Shown here: positions 25,034 to 39,400 of the stretch, in pieces
Numbering within the stretch: position 1 is the stretch's first letter
Layout: each line of letters begins with the position of its first letter
Source of the DNA: Ylistrum balloti
Taxonomy: Eukaryota
NCBI RefSeq assembly: GCF_031769215.1
Contig: NW_026782237.1
Span: forward strand, 1,116,001 to 1,180,000
Direction: 5' to 3'
Length of the DNA stretch: 64,000 nucleotides
Notes under the pieces: generated by a model
What the model was told of the DNA's origin: nothing
The model's database searches: none
The model's input: the letters and a program-made list of their open reading frames with translations, nothing else
Program-made: the position numbers and the translations under genes

Positions 25034-25757
25034 TTTGCAGGGATAGAGTCTGGAAGTCTGTAATAATCACACATTTATCACAAGTAGGACATTACCTATG
25101 CCCTCAAAAGCTTGGAGTTTGGTGGCTACAAGGTAGGTTCCATGGACAGTCTGTCTCAGACTGGTTCAGTGTAGGGACAATGGAGGCTTTCGCCATGGAC
25201 TGCCACAAAGTTAGAGATGAGGGGTAGTGAATATGACTACAATGAAAGTTGTCTGGAAAGTGTTTCACAATGACTTTTTCAGTGTAGGGACAAAGGAAGC
25301 TCCCTCAATAGACTGCCACAAAGTCTGACTAGTGGAGTGGTGGATATAATGAAGATTTCCTCAAAAGGCTATCTTGGAATGACTGGTTGTGTCATAGGTT
25401 GACACTTGTATCAAAACACTTCACAAGGTGTAGGAGGCATTTGAAGCTTCATTATAGAATGGAGTAATTTGAAAGCTCGAATCACTTGTTTTGCTAAAGT
25501 ATCCCATCTTTCTGTCCCAGCTGGCCAATGATTTATACAGCACTGAATCCATTTAACATCAAGATGATCTACTGGTATATGAAATTTAGTTAAAATTCCT
25601 CCATCTGTACAGGAGAAAACTTGACCACAGTTTTCACTCTTTGATCCGATTTCTTTATTTTTAGGGGGCTATATCTTTCTGTTTAACATTCGCTGACTAA
25701 TGCATCAGACCTGCTTTAGAAGTCACCTGCAGCTATTCTAGACTTTTAGAGTTCGAA

Positions 25758-25853
25758 ATGGACAGACAGGTAATGGACAGACAGGTAATGGACAGTTAAT
25801 GGACAGACAGTTAATGGACAGTTAATGGACAGACAGGTAATGGACAGAAAGGT
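25758..25853 (+). repeat. Short tandem repeat (aatggacagacaggt / aatggacagtt), 11-15 bp units
   Basis: About 7 visible units. Confidence 0.85.
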
Positions 25854-26317
25854 ACCAGTACAATACTCTTAGTTTAAAATTTTACAAGGAATAAATTAAA
25901 TAAAAAAGATAACATAGAAACCATGTAACATTTCATAATGATAAATTTATTTCAATGATATAATTAAGCGTACTTTTCATATAATAATAACATTCACAGA
26001 ACATGAAAATCCTTCACTATATAGTTATCACTGAATGAACAATATACATGTATAAAAAATCACAACCCAAAGTAATAAATGTACTATAGTAGCACCAGCA
26101 ATGCTGATGTGACTGACTAAAACACTTAAAACATGTTGTTTAGATAATACAAATCTTTACAATACCCAGTCTTTGTTTTCGCTGAAGGAACACAGCCCTT
26201 TTTGTCAACTTTTATTTAATGGTTGTTATTTCGTCAATGAGATGACTTGTTTCACATACATGGTATCATCTTTGGAATGAGATTCATGAGTTTAGTATAG
26301 ATTTAGTATAGAGTCTA

Positions 26318-26525
26318 GGTCACAATGCAATATTGGACGGGCAGGTTTGTAGGTCACATACAATATTGGACAGTCAGGTCTGTAGGTCACATACAATATT
26401 GGACAGTCAGGTCTGTAGGTCACATACAATATTGGACAGTCAGGTCTGTAGGTCACATACAATATTGGACAGTCAGGTCTGTAGGTCACATACAATATTG
26501 GACGGTCAGGTTTGTACGTCACATT
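26318..26525. repeat. 33-bp minisatellite, ~6 copies
   Basis: Unit gtcacatacaatattggacagtcaggtctgtag; explains the 11-aa periodic ORFs at 26292-26584. Confidence 0.95.
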
Positions 26526-26852
26526 TTGCTGGAAACAACAATAGATATAGAAATGGATTTAAAGACATGACTGTAATCAAGTAAAACTTTACATAACATT
26601 TTACTTTTGGATCTTGTGGAAGGTATCAGTGTTGGACGGAAGGGACTAACTTGGCATACATATCGTCAGCAATTTGACTTTGATAGATAGAATTGGAGAA
26701 TCAGTATTTGTTCTGTGTGTCCATTCATATTTATTTGTTTTCAAAAACGATGTGGAAGGAAAAAAATAGAAATCCTAATTCTTCATTGATTTTGAACATC
26801 TCTTACTTTCAACTGTTCTACTGAAATATCACAGTAAATTAATTCAGCATCT

Positions 26853-26962
26853 GGAATCAAACTCTCCCAGACTATGACCTCTGATGTATGTCAGGAATCA
26901 AACTCTCCCAGACAATCAGCTCTGATGTATGTCAGGAATCAAACTCTCCCAGACAATCAGCT
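26853..26962. repeat. 41-bp tandem repeat, ~2.7 copies
   Basis: ggaatcaaactctcccagac at 26853, 26894, 26935. Confidence 0.9.
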
Positions 26963-28438
26963 TTTGATTAGAAAAGTCTACTTTCATAAAGTACACTAAT
27001 TTTGAAGTTGTCTTAATGTTCAAGGAATGGAAATAACACCTATTTTCTGACACTACATGTACAATATATCCTAGCCACAGACGATGACTTAACCACTTGT
27101 ACTAATTCAAAAACAGGAAAATTTGAAAGGAACATGAAAATATTTTATCTGATGCAAGATATATTTTGACACTTCAAAACAAAAATATTAGAATAAATAT
27201 GTCTTATGCATTGGCTTAATAAAAGATAAGAAAAAATGTTAAATCAGTTTTCTTTGATGTTGTGATTTTTTTTCTTTCCAGCAGTAAGAAAGATACTAGA
27301 ACCTAGGACATCTTTGTCATATATTCTTTTGAATTAATGTGGTAAACCCATTTAGAACTGTAAAAGCAGATTTTTTTCTGACTGATGACCGATTTTGTGA
27401 ACAGAGAAGATCCATTTTCTATATGAAAGTGAAAATAATCTAACACATCATGCTTCACTCCATTCAGTGTCTAATACCAAAGCTAGTGATGGTTGTTTGA
27501 GAGCATTTAGTACTAACATTGGAAGCAGATATAACCAATAATCACCTTCATTTAGTATGACATACATACATATTCATAAACCATATTTATAACAAATTTC
27601 TCCTGTGCATGCAGTATAACACAAAATTTAACCCTTTTGAAATTTTCTGCCTTTAAGTTTTTATTTCCCATGTGTAGAAAAATTGAGCTTTTGGATAGCA
27701 TTGTGATATCTGAGTTTATTATCTCTGCATTGTCAGAATTACGGCAAGATTTGGTATTTCTAAGTAAAAATTAAATCTTAACTTATGTAGTCTGTAGCCA
27801 AATCATATGTATGGACATGGTACATTAATCTTGTATACCTCACAATTCCAAATACCTAGTAAATTGTAGTTGCTTTTCAGCTAATGCTGATCCAAAAGGA
27901 TAGTAAACAGATAATTTTAATTGTACATGTATTTATCACAGTACATTGTAAGTAAAACAATAAATATACAATACCCCCACAAAAGTGAAGACAACAGAAA
28001 AACAGTTAACAATATCACAGTCATGTACATATATATACTTTATCTTTTCTTGGAGAAACTTGTGTTATAAGTTTATCATATCAAGTGATTTGGCCCCACA
28101 TGTTTAATGCTGAACACAACAGCACCAGTAGATATTGGTTTTGTTGAAACTTTTTATTTTGTGAATGGTATCTAAAACAGAAACCATTCATTGTCATATA
28201 ACCTGACATTTAGAATGGCGGTATATTCACTATTGAGAATATTTTGAAATGCCTTTTCTGGGTAAAAATTCCCAGATTTTTCATATATCGTCAATTTCAC
28301 ATTTTTCTTTATACAAAAAGTTTCCTGACAATGCCAAGCATATTTAACAAATGAAAAATAAATGAGACACTAAACTTATGTCAAATTCAAGAAATCACAT
28401 GTGAATTTTTGCTAATTATCTCCCTTGTATGGGAATTT

Positions 28439-31400
28439 TCATGACTGGTCATTTGTTTCTTCATCTGGCTCATCTGCATTCTCAATTGTTGTACCCAGAA
28501 TTCCCTCTACATCTTCTATTGCACTCTGTAATAGATATACATGGTTGTATCATTTACAAACAAACAGTTAAAGCTTTAGTTTGTTGTTAATTCTCCAAAC
28601 CGTAATATAATTTGTATTGTTTGTTAGTGAGGTATATTTCATCTTGTGTGGATCATGGTTCTCATGTGACCTAAAGAAAGTTTACAGAACTTTAGTAATT
28701 TGATGAAAAAATCTTACTAATAGTCAATACTTTTTGGGAAAAGAACTGGATTTTTTTCCCGTGGAGAGTACAATATTATTAAATAATTACCTTAAAGTTG
28801 GTCTCGCCCTGCATGTTAGGTGCAGAGATTTCCTGGTGGATGACTGACATGTTCCTAGCAAAGGTAGCCAAGGCTCCTTGTAGATTGTCTCCAATAGTCC
28901 TGTCAATGTGATGTAAACAGAATCATCAACAGACAGATCTACTACTATAAGACATAGTTGTTTCTGGTCTTGAAAAAATCAGATCATATTGATGTTGGCA
29001 ATGAATAATCTAGTTATAGACACTACACAAGACTGATCAATGATAAAATATACTTACAACATTCCCAACCGTTCTCTGTTAAAACTGTCTATCAGTGTAA
29101 ATACTGTTCCTTGTTTCTCCTGAAAATAGAAAATAATGCCTTGATTAATAGTAATCTCTCAGCAAATATTGATTAAATCATAAATCAGATGTAAACGAGA
29201 GAGAAACTGCAATCAAATCCTGACGCAATGATAAATCTAGGGTTTACTGTTAGCGATTCAGATATCGACAGTTCATTTTAAGAGTTGACAATTTAACTTG
29301 TCAAATCTGAAGTTTGCATCACTCAAAGCACACAACGTGTCAATAGAAGTGATAACTGTTAAATTTCACTACAAGAAAATGTACTTATGGAAATCAAGGA
29401 ACCACAAAATTTTATTTGAAAAGTTTTGTAATGTTCAATGTACAAAAAAAACCCCAACTAAAACTGATCATGTGTACAATACAGCTGGTACATGTACACA
29501 AATATATGACATAGTGGTACATACTGGTAATCAAAACAAATCAGATGGAAACTGAGAGACCAGTTGTTCATTTTATATTGCTAGATGAAGACTTATCATT
29601 CAAATATGATTAAAACTGAGTAAGTCCAGCTACACTATCAACTGAAGTTATTATAATATGATACTACTGTGTGTACCTTGATATCATAACCAATGCCATG
29701 GGCCCTACACATCTGGAAGAACACGCTGTAGTGGACGACAGCCAGGTTCGTGTGCAGGAGACGGGTACTCATCACTCCAAAGCGACCTGTGTTTGGCTCC
29801 TGCTGTAAAACACAGATAGTGTTAGATAAAGCTGTATATACCAGACGAAAGTGAAATACTAGTATCATTATTATTGGTACATTATCATCTTTTATCACTG
29901 GGTAATTGGATCAGAAAGTAACAGAAAAGCACCGCACAGGAAGTACATTTTTGTACATTAATCAACAGTTACCTCTTCTTCCTGACCCGCAAGTCTTCGT
30001 CTCCTCTGACGTTTCTCTTGCTTGTTCATTGGAACATTGAAGACATGCTTGACTGGGTCGAGAGCACCGTTACTAACATAAGACATAAGCTGGAACATGG
30101 CCAGACTGTCACTATAATGTAGACTCAGATCTAGTGCCCAGAGTCGCTGCTCCATCTGTGGGACAAAAAAGACACATTACAGAGCTGGCATCACAATTAC
30201 TATCAATCTGAGGGATGCAGAAGGACATTACAGAGCTGGCATCACATTTACTATCAATCTGAGGGATACAGAAGGACAACATTACAAAATGGCATCACAA
30301 TTACTATCAATCTGAGGGATACAGAAGGACAACATTACAAAATGGCATCACAATTACTATCAATCTGAGGGATACAGAAGGACAACATTACAGAGCTGGC
30401 ATCACAATTACTATCAATCTGAGGGATACAGAAGGACAACATTACAGAGCTGGCATCACAATTACTATCAATCTGAGGGATACAGAAGGACAACATTACA
30501 GAGCTGGCATCACAATTACTATCAATCTGAGGGATACAGAAGGACAACATTACAGAGCTGGCATCACAATTACTATCAATCTGAGGGATACAGAAGGACA
30601 ACATTACAAAATGGCATCACAATTACTATCAATCTGAGGGATACAGAAGGACAACATTACAAAATGGCATCACAATTACTATCAATCTGAGGGATACAGA
30701 AGGACAACATTACAAAATGGCATCACAATTACTATCAATCTGAGGGATGTAGAAGGACAACATTACAAAATGGCATCACAATTACAATCTAATCCAAGGG
30801 ACACAGATCAACAGGTCATATGTCTGCTGATACTGATTTTGGCACATTTTTTCAACATTTACATCAATATAAACATTTTTTTATACTAATACCCGGTAGG
30901 TAACCTTTTCGGAATAGACAATAAATAAAAGGAAATGTGCTGCAACATTTTGATATTGATAGGTGGTACAGCCATGCAGTGAACAAAAACAGAATTGTTT
31001 TCCAATAGAATACAACAACCATCTAAGACTGACTAGACTTTTAACTGTATCATTCAATAGTAAAATAAAACAAGTTAAACTTACAGATTTAGGGTCAATA
31101 AACGTCACAAAGTCGACAGAGAAGTATCCCAGAATACCCCTGGTTTTGCAGGCCTCTGCAATTTTTTTACAAGCGACACTGAGGACATCTGGTTCAACAG
31201 AGGACTGGGGTACTGACACACCCCAGCAACTGAACGGTGTCTCTGCATGGATCTGGTCACCACAACACACAATGTTGTATTTGCCGTTTGGTTCGATCAT
31301 CATATCCACAGTGAGTGTCGTGATGCTTTCCGACGGTGGACATGCCTCAATCACTCCACCTGAATTAGAGTGAAGTTTTGTTGATTAAGAATACACAAGT

Positions 31401-34400
31401 TATCCCCTGTAACCCAACTGATACAGAAAGACTGATGTTTATCAAATCATAGTTACTTCCAAGGTAAGATTATCTGTTAAAAACTCATTTCATGTTAACA
31501 ATACGATTGGTTCACTGTGCTATTTCATGAAAAGGAATGATTCAAAATTATTAAAATGAAATTCAATTATTTAAAATATTTGAAACTAATTTGGCATTCT
31601 GAAAAGAGTACACTGCCCTACCAGTATACCTAACAGTATTTGGATAGAGACAGTCTACTGTGCTAAACTTGTTCCAAGACAGCCTACCTTGACTGAGGAA
31701 AGCCTCTAGGAATTTCTCCCAGGTCGTATAAATACTTGTATGGACTGGTTTTGCGTTAGCATGTAATACATCTGCTATTTCTGCATGGATTTTTATATAT
31801 GCAGCTTCCTAAGAAAGAATATCAGGACATATTTTAACAAGAGAGTTGTTTGAAGCATTCAGTGGTATACAACTGATAAAAAAACAAACAAAACAAAAAG
31901 AAATTAAAAATCTTTAAAATTTTGAAATATAACAACAGATTCAAAAGTTAAGCAAACTTTCAAATATTTACCAGTAAAGGTTAAACTCTGGTTTCTTTAA
32001 ACATATAATGAACAACTCTATATACCTGTGCCCATTTTTTGCTCCACTTCTCGCCGTACCGTCTTGACTCCTTTAGGGCCCATGAGTAACACTGCAGATA
32101 TTCTGTCACATCACAATAGGCAATGCCACGCCCATCAAACTCGTCATCAAGCTTAAACAGCCAGCGCTTCACCATTAGGTTTTCTGTAACTAGCTGTGCC
32201 AGACATTCATGTAGCTGGAAGAAGGAAGTAAAGAGAAACTCTGTAAAGCAGCTGTCCACAGCTTACCTCAACAAAAATGACTTTTTTCATATAGTATCCA
32301 TCTTTCCTAATATATCAACTTTTAAAAATCAGGTAAAGTCTAGGGTTCCTTTTTCTTAAATATCTGAGAGCAAAAGGTGTGAAAAAATGATCCTGATTAT
32401 CAAGGTTTAAAAAGAGTATCATTCAGGTTAACAACTCAACATAAAGCTGTTCACCTGTCCAAGACTGTATACGTCATATTCACTAGGAGGCAGGTCCACA
32501 TTAGCACTAGCGAAGATCCTCTTGCAGCCAGACTTGGTGGAGTATAGGTGTGCTACTTCTGGCTCCGGTGACAAGATTGGTACATCAAGCTCGTCAGCCA
32601 CAGCCAAGTCATCACTGTGGGGGACTCCAGATACAATATATGCCTCCCGCCCCTTGATTAAGTGTTTTATACGTTTGATGGTGCGTGGACTGTATTTTAG
32701 AAGCGTGGACAGACACATCCTATGGGTCTGAGAAATAGAACAAAGGAAATAATAAACTTGTGAACTATGAGTCATTGACTAATCTTTCAATGCAATTAAT
32801 GAAAACTTCAGGTTAGAACATGTGATACAAATATTTGTCCAAGTGATGTATAATCTATTGGAGGTATTCATTAAAAGTTTATATTGCCATAGGTTTTCTT
32901 AGCCAAAGTTTTGGTGACAGACTGAAATGCTTTTCAATGATGATCCACAGTATGATGGCAGGCCACTTATATACTGACTGACAAATCACACATAAAGTTT
33001 AGCCCATGAAACTATAAATTATAAAGTGTAATAATTACAGGGAAACTCTTGATAGCATCAGGGGTAATGATGCGATACCGCTCCGACATGACACACTGAT
33101 CCTCCACATTGCCTGAGTCAATGGCAGCCTTGAGACCTAGCAGCTTGCTGTAGTACTGGAGCGTCTCCTCACTCAGTGGAACCGGGGAGATAAATATCAC
33201 ATCCACATTGGGATCTGTAAGAAATCAACCAATCATGTCGAGAATTCTTACAGAAACAAGTTAGTAATCAAAACATCTGTATTGTTATTAGTGTAGGGAT
33301 ATAGTCAGGTACTATAGACCTTTAGGAAAGTAGCAATCATATCTGGTTCAGTGCGGTCAGCAAGAGGTCAGGAAATTATTGCTACCAGTAAAACAGATAT
33401 CTAAAACCCTCATATGGCTAAGAAGAAAACTGACACATGATATCTCTAGTCTGATTTACCATGAGAACTAAAATCATTCCCAGAAAATTGATAACTGAGC
33501 CTAAGCAAGCACTGCTGAAAATATTGCTACCCCAGACATCACATTGAAACATCTAAAATTTCTAACTTAAAAATATACATAACCCAGGAGTCGGAACAAG
33601 ATCCTCCTGAGGAAACTAAAGCTTAAAATCTCATATACAGAGTCCAAGATAAGGAGTTATACCTAGGAACCATAACAGTAACTAATATAGCTTGATCCTG
33701 GCTGATTGTCATGTAACAAGATATAAATCTGTGTCAGTGAGATTTCATTATTCTGTACAGGACAAATGTTAATAGACCAATAATGAAGTACTTACCCCGG
33801 ATATCACAGAGCCGGGCCATCTGTGTGTTCTGTCGGATCCCAAACTCATGGATGGTGTCCCTTATATTCTGAGATAGACCCAGAGAGGACATGTGGATGA
33901 TCACTCTCTTAGACTGTTTGATTCTGTCCCAGGACATTGCAAACTTCTGTAAGGTAAAGAATTCATAGTTAGATACATTGGTATTGATAACTGATGATGT
34001 CAGCATCTTAATGAATTCAGTATCATATCATACTTATTTGGTAATAAGCCCATCTTTTTACCTACGTTAATTGCTGTTCAATGGCACTGTGGGATTATTG
34101 TAGGCTCACTACTGTCTAGAGCCAGTTTGCTGTCTCTTACCCTCTTTATGAATGATGACCTTGACCCTCAAACTTTAACAGTCAGTAAGATACTTGAAAA
34201 CCAGTCTTCCATGAAATCAGATATATTCTAACAAGCCCTGATTCTTTAATAAGAAAACTTCTATCTCTTCCAGATAAACAGACAGCCTTGTTCTAATGAC
34301 TTACCTGAATTACGATTTAAAATTTATATTACATTTAATGATTAACCGAATGACACAAAATGTTGGTGCTTTCTTCAGTGGTTTAGATTTGACATTATTT

Positions 34401-36409
34401 CAAGGGTAAAACCTTTGTTGATAACACATAATTACTGACATGATTCTTTCATCTGAAGTCTAACTTGTTGTATTCAGTATTAAAGTAAATTTATCTCACA
34501 TAAATGATGTTTTACAGTGATTAATGACTGTGACGACATATCTGACCTTTGCCCTGCGTCTGAATGCCTCCAGCTGATCTTCTCGACTCTGTTTGAGTTT
34601 TTGTTTGACTTGTGACATCTTTATATTCATGATCCAGGAAATGGCAATAACACCTGCTGCCCACTTCTTCTTACGATATTCTAGGTATTCAGAACGATCC
34701 CGGAACATCCGCCAAGACGACTGGATACGAGTTGCCGCCACATTTTTTCCATTTGGACCCTTGAATCGTCTTCCCTTAAAAACCAAACAAGAATTGGTAT
34801 GGGATTGTACTAATGAATAATTATGACTTTATGTATTTTGAACGATTGAACTGTTTAACCTGTATAAGTCAACAAACACTTGTACAGTGTTAGAATAATA
34901 TCTACACATGTGAATGTATACTTGTGTGGTATACATTGTACTTGTTGATCAGGAAGTGTTAGGTTGTTTGAGTGACTCAATGCTTGGGTGGAGGTACTTA
35001 CTGGTACAGAAAAGTTGTTGAGTGACTCAATGCTTGGGTGGAGGTACTTACTGGTACAGAAAAGTTGTCCAGTGACTCAATGCTTGGGTGAAGGTACTTA
35101 CTGGTACAGAGAGGGTTTTGAGTGATTCAATGCTTGGGTGGAGGTACTTACTGGTACAGAGAGGGTTTTGAGTGACTCAATGCTTGGGTGGAGGTACTTA
35201 CTGGTACAGAGAGGTTTTTGGGTGACTCAGTGTTTGGGTGGAGGTACTTACTGGTGCAGAGAGGTTTTTGGGTGACTCAATGCTTGGGTGGAGGTACTTA
35301 CTGGTACAGAAAAGTTGTTGAGTGACTCAATGCTTGGGTGAAGGTACTTACTGGTACAGAAAAGTTGTTCAGTGACTCAATGCTTGGGTGAAGGTACTTA
35401 CTGGTACAGAGAGGGTTTTGGGTGACTCAGTGTTTGGGTGGAGGTACTTACTGGTACAGAGAGGTTTTTGGGTGACTCAATGCTTGGGTGGAGGTACTTA
35501 CTGGTACAGAAAAGTTGTTCAGTGATTCAATGCTTGGGTGGAGGTACTTACTGGTACAGAGAGGGTTTTGAGTGACTCAATGCTTGGGTGGAGGTACTTA
35601 CTGGTACAGAGAGGTTTTTGGGTGACTCAGTGTTTGGGTGGAGGTACTTACTGGTACAGAGAGGTTTTTGGGTGACTCAATGCTTGGGTGGAGGTACTTA
35701 CTGGTACAGAAAAGTTGTTCAGTGATTCAATGCTTGGGTGGAGGTACTTACTGGTACAGAGAGGGTTTTGAGTGACTCAATGCTTGGGGGAAGGTACTTA
35801 CTGGTACAGAGAGGGTTTTGAGTGACTCAATGCTTGGGTGGAGGTACTTACTGGTACAGAAAGGTTGTTAGGTGACTCTGTGATTTGGTGGAGGTACTTA
35901 CTGGTACAGAAAGGTTGTTAGGTGACTCTGTGATTTGGTGGAGGTACTTACTGGTACAGAGAGGTTTTTGAGTGACTCTGTGCTTGGGTGTTGGTACTTA
36001 CTGGTACAGAAAGGTTGTTGGGTGACTCTGTGATTTGGTGGAGTTACTTACTGATAAAGAGGTTTTTGAGTGAGTCAGTACTTGAATGGATGTACTTACA
36101 GGTCTGTTCATGATGACCTCTACATCCTCTCGGTTGACAATGACAGCTAGTAAGTCATCCGTACTTGGAGCCCTCTCCAACTCAAACTCCAAGGACAAGT
36201 CAGCAAGTCTGTCAATCACAATGTCAGTGGTAAGACAAAGAGTTGACAAACATTACAGATCTCCAGACTTTAAACCAGTCATATTCACTTGAGGCCATAA
36301 ACCAGTCACGTTCATAGGAAAATTACATCACAAAAAACACCTCATCTCAAGAGATAATAGATTATCATGTATTTTAGGGTATCAAAGACAATACATAATA
36401 ATATGCACT

Positions 36410-36441
<32 letters not shown>

Positions 36442-39400
36442 TTAAAAAAATAGTTTTTAATTGTCACTTCACAAGTCATTAACAAAGAGAGTTATGTGTT
36501 GATTATACATTTAAATGAGAAATCAGAAGTAGTTCTTAAGTTCTAATATAAAGGATGATAAAGAGTCTATTATACCCAGATTAAAGCATCACTGTACCCT
36601 GAAAAACGAAAAAAAAAAAAAAAAAATATGCACTGAATACATTCTAGACTTACTTGTCTCCATTGATGAAGGCAATTGGAACAGTGAATTCCTGTGTCAT
36701 CTTTTCTAGATGTCTAATCATTGATACAATGCTGTAATAACAGAGATGATAAGAGGTTGATGGTTCCAAACAAAAATAATTTATGAGATATCTGACACTA
36801 CAACAAATACCTGTGTGTTGTTCCATTACACTGAAGGGTTGTTATGATCTTAAATTCAACCAAACATTTGTATCCTTGTACACTCCACCAATCATTTGTA
36901 TCACCTTATACTCAACAAATCATTTGTATCCTCGTACACTCCACCAATCATTTGTATCCTTGTACACTCAACCAAACTTTTGTATACTTTACTAAAACAA
37001 TATTGACTCCCCTCTCCCCCTCTAAGGTAGTTTAGATTGTATGTCATCTAAAATTTATGTAAAGCTGAAAGTTGAATTTTTCAAATAAATTAAGAATTAG
37101 ATACATACAAAAATTTGTTTAATGTAACTTATAAATGTTTCAGAAGAAGTTATTGGTCTTAACTTTGTTAATCTAAATATTAATTACTGAGTGACCTAAA
37201 ATGTTTGTTCTTCAATAAATCAAAAAGTTTTTGAATGGGATTTATTATTCCGCAATATACATTGTATAGACAAGCGGAGGCTGACCATTAATAGCGAGTA
37301 ATTGGGTCATAGATACATCAATTTGTTGCTATTTATAGGGTCAGAGATATAATGGAGGAACTAGGTTTGTACAATCTACTTATATTCTAATGTTTTTACC
37401 AAACATGTACATTTACTTTGGAATTTCAATTTCTTTTCCCACTACCTCCCCTGCAGCCCATCTTTTGCATAGAATATGCTTACTTGGTGGATAAGTTGTA
37501 CCACAATTTAGTCATGTCTATTGTGTTTTAACAATATTTACAAGAAGGTTTTGTATGTAACATTATAGAAATTTGTTGTATGGAGTTTTTCATATCCCAT
37601 CTTTGACTTGTCAACTTTTTCTCATAACATTATTTGCAACCAAGTTTTGCATATGTCCATCTATGGAAATTTGTTGTTATTGGGTGTTTTCATACCCCCA
37701 TCTTAGACTTGTCAACTGTTTCTCAAAATAATATTTACAATAAAGTTTTGTTTATGTACAATTATTGAAATTTGTTGTATATATGTACATCTTTATGTAT
37801 ACATTGTTTGATAAAAACAGCCATTTTCAATACATGTGCAGAGTTTGTTTTCCTGGGGTACTCTGCTTTCCTCCCACATCGCGCACTTTCATTTGGGTCA
37901 ACAAGAGTGATTAATATAAGTTGGAAAAACTTGTTTTGCAATTGTTGTAAAATAGATAAAGTTTATCATTTATCATTTCATCAAATACTGACGTAAGACC
38001 ATTCACAATAACTTCCTGCAAATCTAATGCTAACCTATGTACACTACAGAATTATCTTCCCACAGATACTTCTCTATCATAATACAAAAACAGGTGAAAT
38101 AACATCAAAACTATTTGAGTTAACAAATATATACAAGTATTGATAATAAATGCTAAGTAATATCTACGTGGGAGTGCTGTAACTGATATTGTCTACACGG
38201 ACATCTTGATTCAGGCTATCATTGTGTTGCTAGGTTTATTGAAAATGGATTGGGTCCAAACTAATTAAACAATGAAGAAGATAACAGTGTGTGGAGAGTA
38301 CGAGCTAAATAGCAGAAGCTATTACTGTGTATAGAATATCAACCATAGTGACCATAGATATATAACTGAAAATGTTTATAAATCTGAAAATTATAAAATT
38401 GTTATGTGTTCCCATAGCAAAGGCATACAGTGTCCATAGATATAAAAATGAAAATGTTCATAATTTCTGTGAATCGTAAAATTGTAATGTGTTCCCATAG
38501 CAAAGGCATACAGTGCCCATAGATATAAAACTGAAAACGTTCATAAATTCTGTATATCATAAAATGTATCACAGACAACAATGAATATGTATGAAACAAC
38601 ACGAAAAAAAAAAAAATTATGAATAATATCCACCATGCTTGATTTTTCTTACCAAACATGACACTGCTATCACTACAAGTATATGAAGAATGTTAATGTC
38701 TTGTTTCCAACGGTCGGTAGATTCTAGGATTTCAGTGACAAATAAAGAGAATTTTTTTTGTTAGAAGTTATTCAGAGTCTACATTTACTTATAGATTTTC
38801 ATATTATTGTTTCATAATTATTTCCATGAAACACAGAAATTTTACTTTACATCACATCGTCCTGAAGTAAAACAAAGTAAAGGAAATGTCATGACACCTC
38901 TATCAAAATAAGATATAAAACACACTGTCAGACAAAATACCAGTATCTTTACCTTCCCCACGTTAGACAGTAGTGCTGTTTGAAGGACAAGAACTCAGCA
39001 GACGTGTCTCGTATCTTTCCATTCTGAATGGCAAATCTGTGGGTAAGGTTTTTGATGTCACCACTTGCGGGGGTGGTAGGTGGTGGCTGTAAAGAGACAT
39101 GTTAATCACATTAGATTATATAAGTATGATGCTCCAGGTGAATGGTGGTGTTATAACTGATGACAGACATGTATCATAGAAAACGTCACAAAATCAGCAC
39201 TGATACTTCAGTCTAAACACTGACAAAGAACTAGACTTAAATGTTAAAGAATATCTGTAAAATTATACATGAAATCCAAACAATGACTTTTCAGACAACA
39301 AAAACAACTACAGAACTATGATAAACATCAGCAGATAGTAAAGTTGATTTTGATAAAGTCAGATTTTGTAAATATTGTTTTACCTGTTGCTACCTTAATT

